Shown here piece by piece: positions 52,418-61,331 of a stretch of 64,000 nt of DNA. Source of the DNA: an uncultured Methanomicrobiales archaeon (GTDB lineage Archaea; Halobacteriota; Methanomicrobia; Methanomicrobiales; Methanospirillaceae); contig CAVWXH010000003.1 in NCBI GenBank assembly GCA_963758915.1, positions 32,001 through 96,000 on the forward strand, given 5' to 3'. Position 1 is the first letter of the stretch, and each line of letters starts with the position of its first letter. The position numbers were made by a program, and so were the translations under genes. The notes beneath the pieces were generated by a model. It did not search any database, had not been told where the DNA came from, and saw nothing but the letters and a program-made list of their open reading frames with translations.

Positions 52418-52679
52418 ATTCTTCTCAAGGAGTTAATGTACCTTAGCTCTATCGGTCTATTTTCTAACTTGAGCATTTCAACAAAGCCGATATTTTGGAT
52501 TCTTCGGATGGCAGGCTATTTATGTATGCGTTTAAGATGTCTATTTGTTCATTCTGAATCGTTTCGTTAGATTCCTGATTAAGTTTGTTTTCTCCCGTAT
52601 TTCCTCCCGGAATATATTTGGATCCACTAATGAAACTGGAAGGTTTTATTCGATAATTTGCGACGGCATTGCCTATTTT

Positions 52680-53009
52680 TTAATAGTTTGTCACATGAAA
52701 TACCGTTGAAGAAGAAAGACCCGTGGTAGGAGTGTATGAAGGATTTGCACCACCGTTACCCGACATGGAAATGGGAAGGGTCGTAGCTGCTCCTTTTGGA
52801 GGGGAATATGTGAATGGAATAGTCTTTGGAGTAACCACGGCAGATGTAGGTGTATAATTCACCACAGGTATGGACTTGATAGCCTTCTGGGTGGGAAAAT
52901 AGTTGAGGCTTTTTCCTGCGGATGCGGCAGGGACGAATAATATTCCGATAAGTGCGATGACGGCAAGAATCGCAATATAATGATTCAGGGATTTATTGAC
53001 CTGTGTCAA
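52680..53009 (-). CDS. Small secreted Ser/Thr/Pro-rich protein
   Basis: Signal peptide ...LFVPAASA; low-complexity mature part. Confidence 0.6.
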   Translation of the reverse strand: MTQVNKSLNHYIAILAVIALIGILFVPAASAGKSLNYFPTQKAIKSIPVVNYTPTSAVVTPKTIPFTYSPPKGAATTLPISMSGNGGANPSYTPTTGLSSSTVFHVTNY

Positions 53010-53171
53010 GGATAGTCCACAATTATCGATACCTGAGTCACTGTCAATAATAAATTGTTAGGATGTGTCGGGTTCAATGGTTTTTACTTGCGGATTATTT
53101 TCAAGCGGTTTCCGGATGGGTCAAAATAAAAAAAAATCATCCTTTTTTGAACTTTGTGAATTAAGGATACA

Positions 53172-53318
53172 CATGACAAGGCCAGGACCGAACAGGAGCA
53201 GACAATGATCAAGAGGCAGATTGCGGCGACGGATAAGGAGATCGATGAACTGGTGTATGAGCTTTATGGGCTCACGGTGGATGAGCGGAAAATCATTGAA
53301 CATTCTACTGGAATTTAA
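53172..53318 (+). pseudogene. C-terminal remnant of a Type IIG restriction-modification/N6-methylase gene
   Basis: HDKARTEQEQTMIKRQIAATDKEIDELVYELYGLTVDERKIIE* matches the typical IDxLVYELYGLTxxExxIIE tail; no upstream gene body. Confidence 0.7.
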
Positions 53319-53576
53319 ACGCAATTTCGCTTTTTAAGGCATAATTAGCCCCTTAATATAGAATACTAGTTTAGAAGGGGTTTCACTCATTACCGGAATG
53401 AAACGGAACCATGATTTTTTATCCCAAAATACCTTATATAATCCTTTTTTAAGGAAATAAAGGATAAATCAACCAAATATTAATTGGAAAAAGCCTACCT
53501 CATTACCTAAATAAACCACATGTTGCTATATGAGAAAAGGTATATTTTTAACTCCTCCCATCCTACCCTAGGACTA

Positions 53577-54434
53577 ATGGATGAGCCCGACCCTCTACCG
53601 GAGCCCGGTCCTGGTTTAACACCCGGACAACCAGATGAAGAAACGCCGGCTATGAATCCGGAAACTAATTCCCCGGCTACACCAGAGTTAGAACAAGTAT
53701 CTGGCCCTGATACTGTATCGGAACTTTCACCCGAAATTCTTCCCACCCAGGGCACTGAGCCGGCAGAGCCAACAACATCCGACGCAATACCACCCCGGAT
53801 TCCTGAAACAACCACCCCTGCTAAACCAGTTCCGGCACCTAACCTGGGAAAGTACGCGAAGTTTAAGAAGGTAGACGGCGCGACATACCACCGGGTCAAC
53901 GAATTCCTCCGGAAACGGACGTATATCACTGCCCGTGAATGGGCGCTTGCCAGGCTCTGTACAGATTTCAGGACGCGTGGCGGAGCAGAAATGACATTCA
54001 TCGGGCAACACCTGCCCGAACTTGTTCCCTTCATGCAGGAACCCTATAGCCCCCAGGCGGTCAACCAGGCGCGGAACTCCTTCAAAAAGAAGGTGAACAA
54101 GGCAGGTGCGACCTTTTTCTACGGTGCAATGTGCGGGTTCTTCACTCCCGACGAACTCGACGACATGCTGTTTGAGTCGGGCGAAGTTGCCCGGTTCCTC
54201 CTTGAAGTGGAGGGGACATCGCTTGACATCGATGAAGAGATCGATATTGAGGACCGGATCACGAGGGTCATGAGAGGGGTTGGAGAGGCAGCACGGATCA
54301 TGCTGGAAAAAAGGGCAGCTTCCGACCTGGCAGAGACCGGGGAAAGAGACCTGGTCGGGCCCCATACACATACAAAAACGCCCCCGGAAATTTCAGACCT
54401 GGAAGAAACTAATGAACGTTACCAGGACCAGTGA
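53577..54434 (+). CDS. Conserved euryarchaeal protein (DUF5806-like) with disordered N-terminus
   Basis: FKKVDGATY.RVNEFLR.RTYITAREWA.ARLC.DFRT..G.EMTFIG. Confidence 0.8.
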   Translation: MDEPDPLPEPGPGLTPGQPDEETPAMNPETNSPATPELEQVSGPDTVSELSPEILPTQGTEPAEPTTSDAIPPRIPETTTPAKPVPAPNLGKYAKFKKVDGATYHRVNEFLRKRTYITAREWALARLCTDFRTRGGAEMTFIGQHLPELVPFMQEPYSPQAVNQARNSFKKKVNKAGATFFYGAMCGFFTPDELDDMLFESGEVARFLLEVEGTSLDIDEEIDIEDRITRVMRGVGEAARIMLEKRAASDLAETGERDLVGPHTHTKTPPEISDLEETNERYQDQ

Positions 54435-54541
54435 AATGGAATGATTTTGCTATTTCCCCGGATTGTAGAGTGCAGGATTAACTATTTACCCTTAACGGAA
54501 AGCAGAAGATATTTTACGTGTCGCGTTCCCTCTGGTATTAT

Positions 54542-55774
54542 ATGAAATACGGGGCTTTTTTTGCGGTAGCATTACTGATTTCGGGTGCCCTTCTGAGCGG
54601 GTGTATTGGATTACCGTCCGGAACCAAATCAAAAGACATCGTTATCGGGGTACTGGTTCCGCTCACCGGGGACTGGAGTTCAAAAGGACTGAACTTCAAT
54701 GCCGCAATTGCACTTGCGGCGGAGGACACCAATGCAAACCTCGCATCAACCGGGTCCGGGAAAAAGGTTCGCCTGCTTGTTGAAGACACGGGAACAGATC
54801 CCATTGTCGCATCTGAAAAGATAAAAAAATTACAGCAGGAAGGTGTACGAATGGTCGTCGGCCCCGCCTCAAGTGCAGAGATAGCCAGTGTCAAAGACTG
54901 GGCAGACCAGCACGGGGTCATAATTATCAGTTATGGGAGTACCTCCCCTGCCCTGTCTGTAGCCGGAGATAACGTTTTCCGGTTAGTACCGGATGATTCG
55001 AGACAGGGGGAGGCAATGGCGGGATACCTTGGCAGGGCAGGAGTCCGGGTAATTATTCCGGTTGCCAGGAATGATACGTGGGGTAAAGGCCTTTTAAACT
55101 CAACAAAAACCAAATTCGAGCAAAATGGCGGGGTTGTTACTGACAGTTACCTTTTTGAACCAGGTACCAGGGACTTTACTCCCATCCTGGTGAACCTGTC
55201 ACCACGGGTACTTGCAGCACAACAACTGTATGGTAATAAATCAGTCGGGGTGTACGCGATTGGATTTGATGAGATGGTGCCTCTTCTGTCCGGGGCTGCA
55301 GGTTATCCCCCTCTTGCCACCGTTCCATGGTTTGGGAGCGACGGGGCGGCAAAAACCGATGCCCTGACAAAGAACGCGTCCGCTGCTCATTTTGCAGAGA
55401 TTACCGGGTTTTATAGTCCTGTCTATGGGGAGGAAGAGGAGTCTGGAGGATTTCTCGATGTCAAACAACGGATCCGGGCAATGACCGGATCTGAACCCGA
55501 CCCATATTCCCTTGCGGCTTATGATGCAACGGCAATTGCAGCACGGTCCCTCCTGAATTCCGAAGATGCCTCGTATGAGCAACTGAAGAAAGCCGTTGAA
55601 CTAACGGCCGGTTATTATTACGGTGTAACCGGGTGGACAAAGTTTGTCGAATCTGGGGACCGGGCATATGCAGTCTATGGTTTCTGGACCATAAAGACCG
55701 GTAACGACACTCCCGGCTGGGTACAGGTTGCCCGTTTCCAGAGCAACCCGGGCCAGCCTGGCAGATTCACCTGA
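54542..55774 (+). CDS. Branched-chain amino acid-type ABC substrate-binding lipoprotein
   Basis: LSGC lipobox, IGVLVPLTG, VVGPASS, FRLVPDD, AAYDA. Confidence 0.88.
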   Translation: MKYGAFFAVALLISGALLSGCIGLPSGTKSKDIVIGVLVPLTGDWSSKGLNFNAAIALAAEDTNANLASTGSGKKVRLLVEDTGTDPIVASEKIKKLQQEGVRMVVGPASSAEIASVKDWADQHGVIIISYGSTSPALSVAGDNVFRLVPDDSRQGEAMAGYLGRAGVRVIIPVARNDTWGKGLLNSTKTKFEQNGGVVTDSYLFEPGTRDFTPILVNLSPRVLAAQQLYGNKSVGVYAIGFDEMVPLLSGAAGYPPLATVPWFGSDGAAKTDALTKNASAAHFAEITGFYSPVYGEEEESGGFLDVKQRIRAMTGSEPDPYSLAAYDATAIAARSLLNSEDASYEQLKKAVELTAGYYYGVTGWTKFVESGDRAYAVYGFWTIKTGNDTPGWVQVARFQSNPGQPGRFT

Positions 55775-55834
55775 TTTTTCCGGGCTTCCCAGTCATTTAA
55801 TAGGAAATCTACAATTGGAATAACCCTGTTAACT

Positions 55835-55990
55835 GGCAGAGAGGGGGTTTAATCCCTTTTTTCTCACCTATGGAGGAGTATCATCTCCTGGCAGGACCAT
55901 ATTGCCGGGGACGACTGATATCTCAACCTGCCGAACATATTTCCGTTAAAATGGAAATATACTATACGAAACAACAGGTGTAACGCATTA
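55835..55990 (-). repeat. Highly decayed MITE-like remnant
   Basis: GAGGGGGTTTAATCCCT...CCTGGCAGG...TATCTCAACC resembles the reverse core. Confidence 0.35.
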
Positions 55991-56044
55991 CCAGGCGTTC
56001 CTAACCGGTACGTATACCGAAAACACCCCCCTGGAGTCATAATA

Positions 56045-57415
56045 ATGGCAGCAGAAAAATTACAAAAAAGATTATTCGGAACGAACGGTGTCAGGGGCAT
56101 CGTTGGTAAGGATATGACACCCGAGCTTGTGCTCTCGATCGGTCTTGCATTCGGATCAATGCGTAAAGGCCGTATTGCAGTCGGCAGGGACACACGGACC
56201 TCGGGGGAAGGTCTCGCAAATGCCGTAAAGGCCGGCCTGATGGCTGCCGGATGTAATGTTATCGACTGTGGCATGCTGCCGACGCCGGCCCTCCAGTACC
56301 TTGTGATGCACCACTTTGATGGCGGTGCGATGATTACGGCCTCGCACAACCCCCCGGAATACAACGGGGTTAAAATTATCGAACCCGATGGTACAGAAAT
56401 GGGCGACGAGCAGACGGTACTCCTCGAAGAGCGGATATTTTCCCGGAATTTTGATGTCAAATCATGGGAACATGTCGGATCCGGTACTGCTGCCACCCAG
56501 CTGGTCGATGAATATATCGACGCGATAATCCGGTCAGTGCCGGTGAATATCGGCAGGAAAATGTCAGTTGTGGTCGACCCGGGCTGCGGGGCCGCTTCTG
56601 TCACCACCCCAAAAATTCTGACAGGACTCGGTTGCCGGGTATATTCAATTAATGCCCAGATCGACGGGCATTTCCCCGGGCGTCTCCCGGAGCCTTCGCT
56701 TGACGGGCTTAAGGGGCTTGCAGACCTTGTCAGATCAACCGGATCGGCATTCGGGGTTGCCCACGACGGGGATGCAGACAGGGCCGTATTTGTCGATGAA
56801 AACGGTCGCTTCATAGAAGAGAACCAGGAATTTGCCCTTGTTGCGGATTATATCTGCAAAGAGCAGTGCGGGATTGTTGTAACGCCGGTGAGTTCTTCCC
56901 TGCTGGTGGAGACCATGGTAAAAAAACACGGGAGCTCCGTTGTTTATACCCCTGTCGGAAGCATTTATGTGGCAAGGACCATGAGGGACCTCCTTGAAAA
57001 GGGTGAAACAGTCGTATTTGGTGGAGAAGGGAACGGGGGCCTTATATTCCCCGGTCACCAGTTCTGCCGGGATGGTGGCATGACGGCCTCGATGATGGTG
57101 GCAATCCTTGCCCGTTCAGATCTCCCGTTATCAGGGCTCATTGATCAACTGCCAGTGTTCCACATGATAAAGGAAAAAATCCAGACTGCCCACCCGGAGC
57201 GTTTGATCGAACGTCTGGCAGATTCCTGCAAGGCGTACCATATTGACCGGACCGACGGGCTTCGGATCACAAAAGGCGACGCCTGGGCACTTGTCAGGCC
57301 ATCCGGCACAGAACCATTCGTCCGCATTTCCGTGGAATCGGCGTTAGATGACTCCGCAAGGCAGTTTTACCAAGAATTGATGGACTATATACGTCAGGTC
57401 ATAACATCAGAGTAA
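56045..57415 (+). CDS. Phosphohexomutase (phosphoglucosamine mutase / PMM-PGM)
   Basis: FGTNGVRG, TASHNP, DGDADR, GEGNG, RPSGTEP. Confidence 0.93.
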   Translation: MAAEKLQKRLFGTNGVRGIVGKDMTPELVLSIGLAFGSMRKGRIAVGRDTRTSGEGLANAVKAGLMAAGCNVIDCGMLPTPALQYLVMHHFDGGAMITASHNPPEYNGVKIIEPDGTEMGDEQTVLLEERIFSRNFDVKSWEHVGSGTAATQLVDEYIDAIIRSVPVNIGRKMSVVVDPGCGAASVTTPKILTGLGCRVYSINAQIDGHFPGRLPEPSLDGLKGLADLVRSTGSAFGVAHDGDADRAVFVDENGRFIEENQEFALVADYICKEQCGIVVTPVSSSLLVETMVKKHGSSVVYTPVGSIYVARTMRDLLEKGETVVFGGEGNGGLIFPGHQFCRDGGMTASMMVAILARSDLPLSGLIDQLPVFHMIKEKIQTAHPERLIERLADSCKAYHIDRTDGLRITKGDAWALVRPSGTEPFVRISVESALDDSARQFYQELMDYIRQVITSE

Positions 57416-57479
57416 GTTTCTTCCGGATTTCTTTATAGATCCATGATTTTTTGGGATCCGCAGAAATTATACGCGTAAA

Positions 57480-57711
57480 AAAAATAACAGGACTGCTCGT
57501 GCCGGAGGGGGTTTCACCCTCTCCCTGTCCCACCCACATTAAAATATTCTTGGACAGGGTTTCTCGGTTTTTAAAAGTATTCCTGATATTCCAAGAGGTA
57601 AGCCTCTATCCCAACGTGGGCGCCATAATGGGTGAGGGAGCTCCCGGGAGCGTGACGAAATTTTTGAATTCCCAATCTGCAAGACAGATTTGAGAGCCTG
57701 CCAACAGAGCC
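57480..57711 (-). mobile_element. Degenerate MITE copy (reverse)
   Basis: GGAGGGGGTTTCACCCTCTCCCTGTCCC...CTATCCCAAC...CCCGGGAGCGTG; ends CCAACAGAGCC. Confidence 0.75.
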
Positions 57712-57968
57712 CTGAATCAGTAACATTCAGTTGGAGGATTTCTACCGGGCTGATTGTTGGTAGTATTCTGGTATGAAATCCAGTGTTTCATTATTGTAAC
57801 ATGGTTTCCCTGTACGGCACTAAAAAGAGAAAGTCTAATATGACATTTGTCCAATCTCAACCTGTCATAAGAAGGACCGCTGAATGCCTGACATTATGAG
57901 AATCAGTTGTTCCATATCCCATAATTCAATCCGGGATAACGGGAAGATTCTGACCTGAAGGAGAGAGA

Positions 57969-58244
57969 ATGCAGACTATTGAGATCCATGTCTCGGGAAA
58001 GGTCCAGAAAGTAGGATTCCGGAGTTGCGTAAAAAGAATTGCGCAGAAACTGAACATCCATGGCGAGGTGATGAACCTCCCTGACGGTTCAGTACGTATT
58101 ATTTCGACCGGTGAAAAAATTGTACTTGATAAGTTTGCCTCGATGATTTACGGGTGTCCACGTGCAGTTATCAGGGATATGAAGATGTTAGACAGGGAAT
58201 TTCAGGATTTTAATGAGTTTATGGTAGTAAAACCAAACACCTGA
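57969..58244 (+). CDS. Acylphosphatase
   Basis: VSGKVQKVGFR and V.NLPDGSV. Confidence 0.85.
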   Translation: MQTIEIHVSGKVQKVGFRSCVKRIAQKLNIHGEVMNLPDGSVRIISTGEKIVLDKFASMIYGCPRAVIRDMKMLDREFQDFNEFMVVKPNT

Positions 58245-58697
58245 AGGTTAATAGCCCCGTTTTTTTGAGTGGGTCCTTTTTCTATGCCGTAATGTAATTT
58301 CCCCGAATCAACTGGATCATGCAGGTCCGATGGATTACCATACCTCTTCTGCATAATGAACAGGAATTCCACAATTCCTGTAAATATTGCACAATATTGC
58401 TGTATTCCTGATAATTATTGTTATTTTTTTTATACTATTCCCGGAGAGGAACATTAGTATAAACCTTATGTTGCTATATCAAAGCATTTATCGCCTGCCG
58501 CATCTATAGAATGGTCTTCCGATAAACAAGTGACCGATTTTCACATACCAGACCCGGCATATAATACATTCTCCGGATCCCCAATACCGTATTTGAGAGG
58601 TCCCGCCTATACGTTTAAAAACCGGTGAGAATGAAAAATTATCAGTGTATCACGTCAAAAAAAGAAAGAACTTGATCGGATAGTACCCGGAACAACA

Positions 58698-59624
58698 TCA
58701 CCACTCTATGAGGTAGTCAGTTTTTTGTTCAAGAGAGTTGCGGAGTGTTGCAACCTGGCGGTCAATAACATCCTGATCGATGGTCTGGTGAAATAGCCGG
58801 ATTAGTTCTTTCATGCAGGGGTCTGACATGATACACCGGGCAGGGCCACATTCGTAGTCCTGTTCATGGAGGTCCTCCCTGATGAACCTGATCGCTTCCC
58901 GGTCAATCATGTCCGCCTTAAAGGGTTCCATGATATCGTAGACAAGGGATGACTCGCCCCGGTTTAACATACCCGTATCAGGATCAAGACCAGCCCCTGT
59001 GACCGAAAACATCACATTCCCAAAGAGCATCGCATATCCAAATGCAATTATCGAATTCACCGGGTCATGGTAAGGCCTGTCTGTGCGCCGTCTGAAACCG
59101 AACTCAGGGGGAAGTACACGGGAAAGGACTTCGTAGTACATGTCAGTTGTCAGCCGCTCAATTCTTCGGATCTCACTGATTTTGATAAGGTATTCCAGTT
59201 CATCAAGCGCATTCGAGAAAATCTGCAATTCGCCTTCATAAAATAGCTCACGCCCCGCAATTTCACCAAGTCCCCCTATAAGGAGGGTTTTTGATTTCAT
59301 TGAGGCCCGTGCTATCGAAACCGCATACCGGTAATTGGGTGCATTCTTCTGGATTTCCAAAAATTTCGCTTCTTCATGGTTATTAAATGGACGTATTGTC
59401 CCGAGGGGTTTCCCATCCGCTTCAAAAAATGATATTCTGGCACCTTTTTTCACGAGGTTGGCAATAACAGGAGTATGCAGGGTATGGCCACCAATAATCA
59501 GCAGGTGGCGCACTGACTCAAGCGGGTATTCCTCGATAATTCCTTCTTTTTGCACGAATAGTGTGTTCCGTGTCGATTTGATATGGGCACCGAAACCAGC
59601 CACTATAAGCCAGGGGACATCCAC
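58698..59624 (-). CDS. cas1: Solo Cas1 homolog (no array, no cas2)
   Basis: Cas1 N-terminal pattern, F..RRT.RP..DPVN, GLDP..G.L, SLVYDIMEPFK. Confidence 0.88.
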   Translation of the reverse strand: MDVPWLIVAGFGAHIKSTRNTLFVQKEGIIEEYPLESVRHLLIIGGHTLHTPVIANLVKKGARISFFEADGKPLGTIRPFNNHEEAKFLEIQKNAPNYRYAVSIARASMKSKTLLIGGLGEIAGRELFYEGELQIFSNALDELEYLIKISEIRRIERLTTDMYYEVLSRVLPPEFGFRRRTDRPYHDPVNSIIAFGYAMLFGNVMFSVTGAGLDPDTGMLNRGESSLVYDIMEPFKADMIDREAIRFIREDLHEQDYECGPARCIMSDPCMKELIRLFHQTIDQDVIDRQVATLRNSLEQKTDYLIEW

Positions 59625-60034
59625 GTGATTCCTTTCCTAAAAAGCCAATATTTTGCCTCTATAGCTATTAACAGCGCGATACCAATAAATTAAGGCATCG
59701 TTTTTTTGCATTCCACGAGACCCGGGTCACCAGTGGTGGCAGGTCGAACCAACCAACCGGTGGTACTTCCTGGAATAAATGCTGTCAGGAGATCATATCT
59801 TTACACCCCTCACATGTCGAGAGACCCAAAAAACCAGGTGTCACGAGAGGGTCCATGTAACCATGCTATTCTTTGACAACCTTTTATACACGCCACGATA
59901 ATATTATTTTAAGATAGTAACCGAAATCAGGCAAGAATCTAGCAGGGAATTCGGGCTGGGTGAAGGAATGAATATCCGAACAACAACCGGGAGATTATGT
60001 GCAGCCAGATCGGTTCCGGGAGGAGAGGCCCGTC

Positions 60035-61324
60035 ATGTTCTGGGATAAAGGTAAAGAAACGCTGACGCCAGGTGATCTGGCGGAGCTTCAGCTGAAACGG
60101 CTGAAAAAAACATTGAAGAGCGCTGAGAATGTAGAATTTTACCGGAAACAATTCTCTGAAGCCGGGATCCGCACTTCCGACATCCGCACCCTCGAGGATG
60201 TAAGGAAACTGCCGTTTACAAAGAAACAGGACCTCCGGAGCGGGTACCCCTTTGGTTTTCTGGCAGTGCCGCTAAAACAGGTAGTCCGGATCCATACCAC
60301 CTCCGGGACAACCGGTAAACCTACGGTAGTAGCTTATACCCGGAATGACCTGGATGCCTGGGCGGAACTAATCGCACGAAACATGACCATGGTAGGGCTT
60401 GGTGAGGATGATGTATTCCAGAACATGGTCAATTACGGCATGTTTACCGGGGGTCTCGGGTTCCATTACGGGGCTGAGAAGATCGGGATGACCGTTATCC
60501 CAAGTGCAACAGGTAACACGACACGACAAATTGAGATGATCCAGGATTTCGGTGTCACGGCAATCCATTGTACACCCAGTTATGCCATGCACCTTGCGGA
60601 GGTTGCGGAAGAGCGGCATGCCGACCTACCTTCATTAAAGACCGGGATCTTTGGCGCCGAGCCATGGTCTGAATCGATGAGGACAGAACTGGAAGAAAAA
60701 CTCGGGGTGACCGCATTTGATTCATACGGCCTTTCGGAATTATTCGGGCCCGGGGTTGCCTTCGAATGCATGGAGCGGGATGGCCTTCACATATGGCATG
60801 ACTACTATCTTGTTGAAATTATCAACCCACAGACAGGCGAAGTACTGGGAGATGGAGAGCGGGGAGAACTCGTTGTAACACCCCTCTTAAAGGAAGCAAT
60901 GCCCATGGTCAGATACCGGACTGGTGACGTGACATTCAGGATGGAAGATGGCTGCCTGTGCGGGAGAATGCAGAAAATCGGCAGAATTACAGGCAGAAGT
61001 GATGATATGCTTGTGATCAGGGGGATCAATGTCTTCCCTTCACAGATTGAACACGTCCTCCTCTCGCTGCCCGAAGTCGGGAACCAGTTTATGGTATATA
61101 TCGACCGGGTGAACCATCTCGATGAGATGTCAATTGAAGTCGAGATGAACCGTGAGTATTTCCATGGCGAACTCCAGGACCTCGCCCGGATCCAGGCAAA
61201 GGTCGTAAAGGCCCTGCGGGACGTGCTAGAACTCCGGACATCGGTAAAGCTGGTCGAACCCGGGTCCCTCCCGCGGTTTGAAGGGAAAGCAAAACGGGTC
61301 ATCGATCGAAGGGGTGAGATGTAA
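60035..61324 (+). CDS. Phenylacetate--CoA ligase family protein
   Basis: TSGTTGKP, YGLSE, RYRTGD, GRSDDM. Confidence 0.92.
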   Translation: MFWDKGKETLTPGDLAELQLKRLKKTLKSAENVEFYRKQFSEAGIRTSDIRTLEDVRKLPFTKKQDLRSGYPFGFLAVPLKQVVRIHTTSGTTGKPTVVAYTRNDLDAWAELIARNMTMVGLGEDDVFQNMVNYGMFTGGLGFHYGAEKIGMTVIPSATGNTTRQIEMIQDFGVTAIHCTPSYAMHLAEVAEERHADLPSLKTGIFGAEPWSESMRTELEEKLGVTAFDSYGLSELFGPGVAFECMERDGLHIWHDYYLVEIINPQTGEVLGDGERGELVVTPLLKEAMPMVRYRTGDVTFRMEDGCLCGRMQKIGRITGRSDDMLVIRGINVFPSQIEHVLLSLPEVGNQFMVYIDRVNHLDEMSIEVEMNREYFHGELQDLARIQAKVVKALRDVLELRTSVKLVEPGSLPRFEGKAKRVIDRRGEM

Positions 61325-61331
61325 CGTGGTG

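Larger units (their letters stand above)
51483..52488. mobile_element. IS5-family (ISH1-like) insertion sequence, internally inverted
   Basis: TIR copies TTTCAACAAAGCC ending at 51850 and 52488; about 998 bp once re-inverted. Confidence 0.85.

Noticed and set aside
47195-53400. Integrated element at tRNA-Gln driven by the tyrosine recombinase
   Set aside because: I found no duplicated tRNA 3' end (att site) and no viral or plasmid genes; the recombinase looks like chromosomal XerA
58245-59990. CRISPR array or casposon around cas1
   Set aside because: No regularly spaced repeats, cas2, family B polymerase, or TIR/TSD visible
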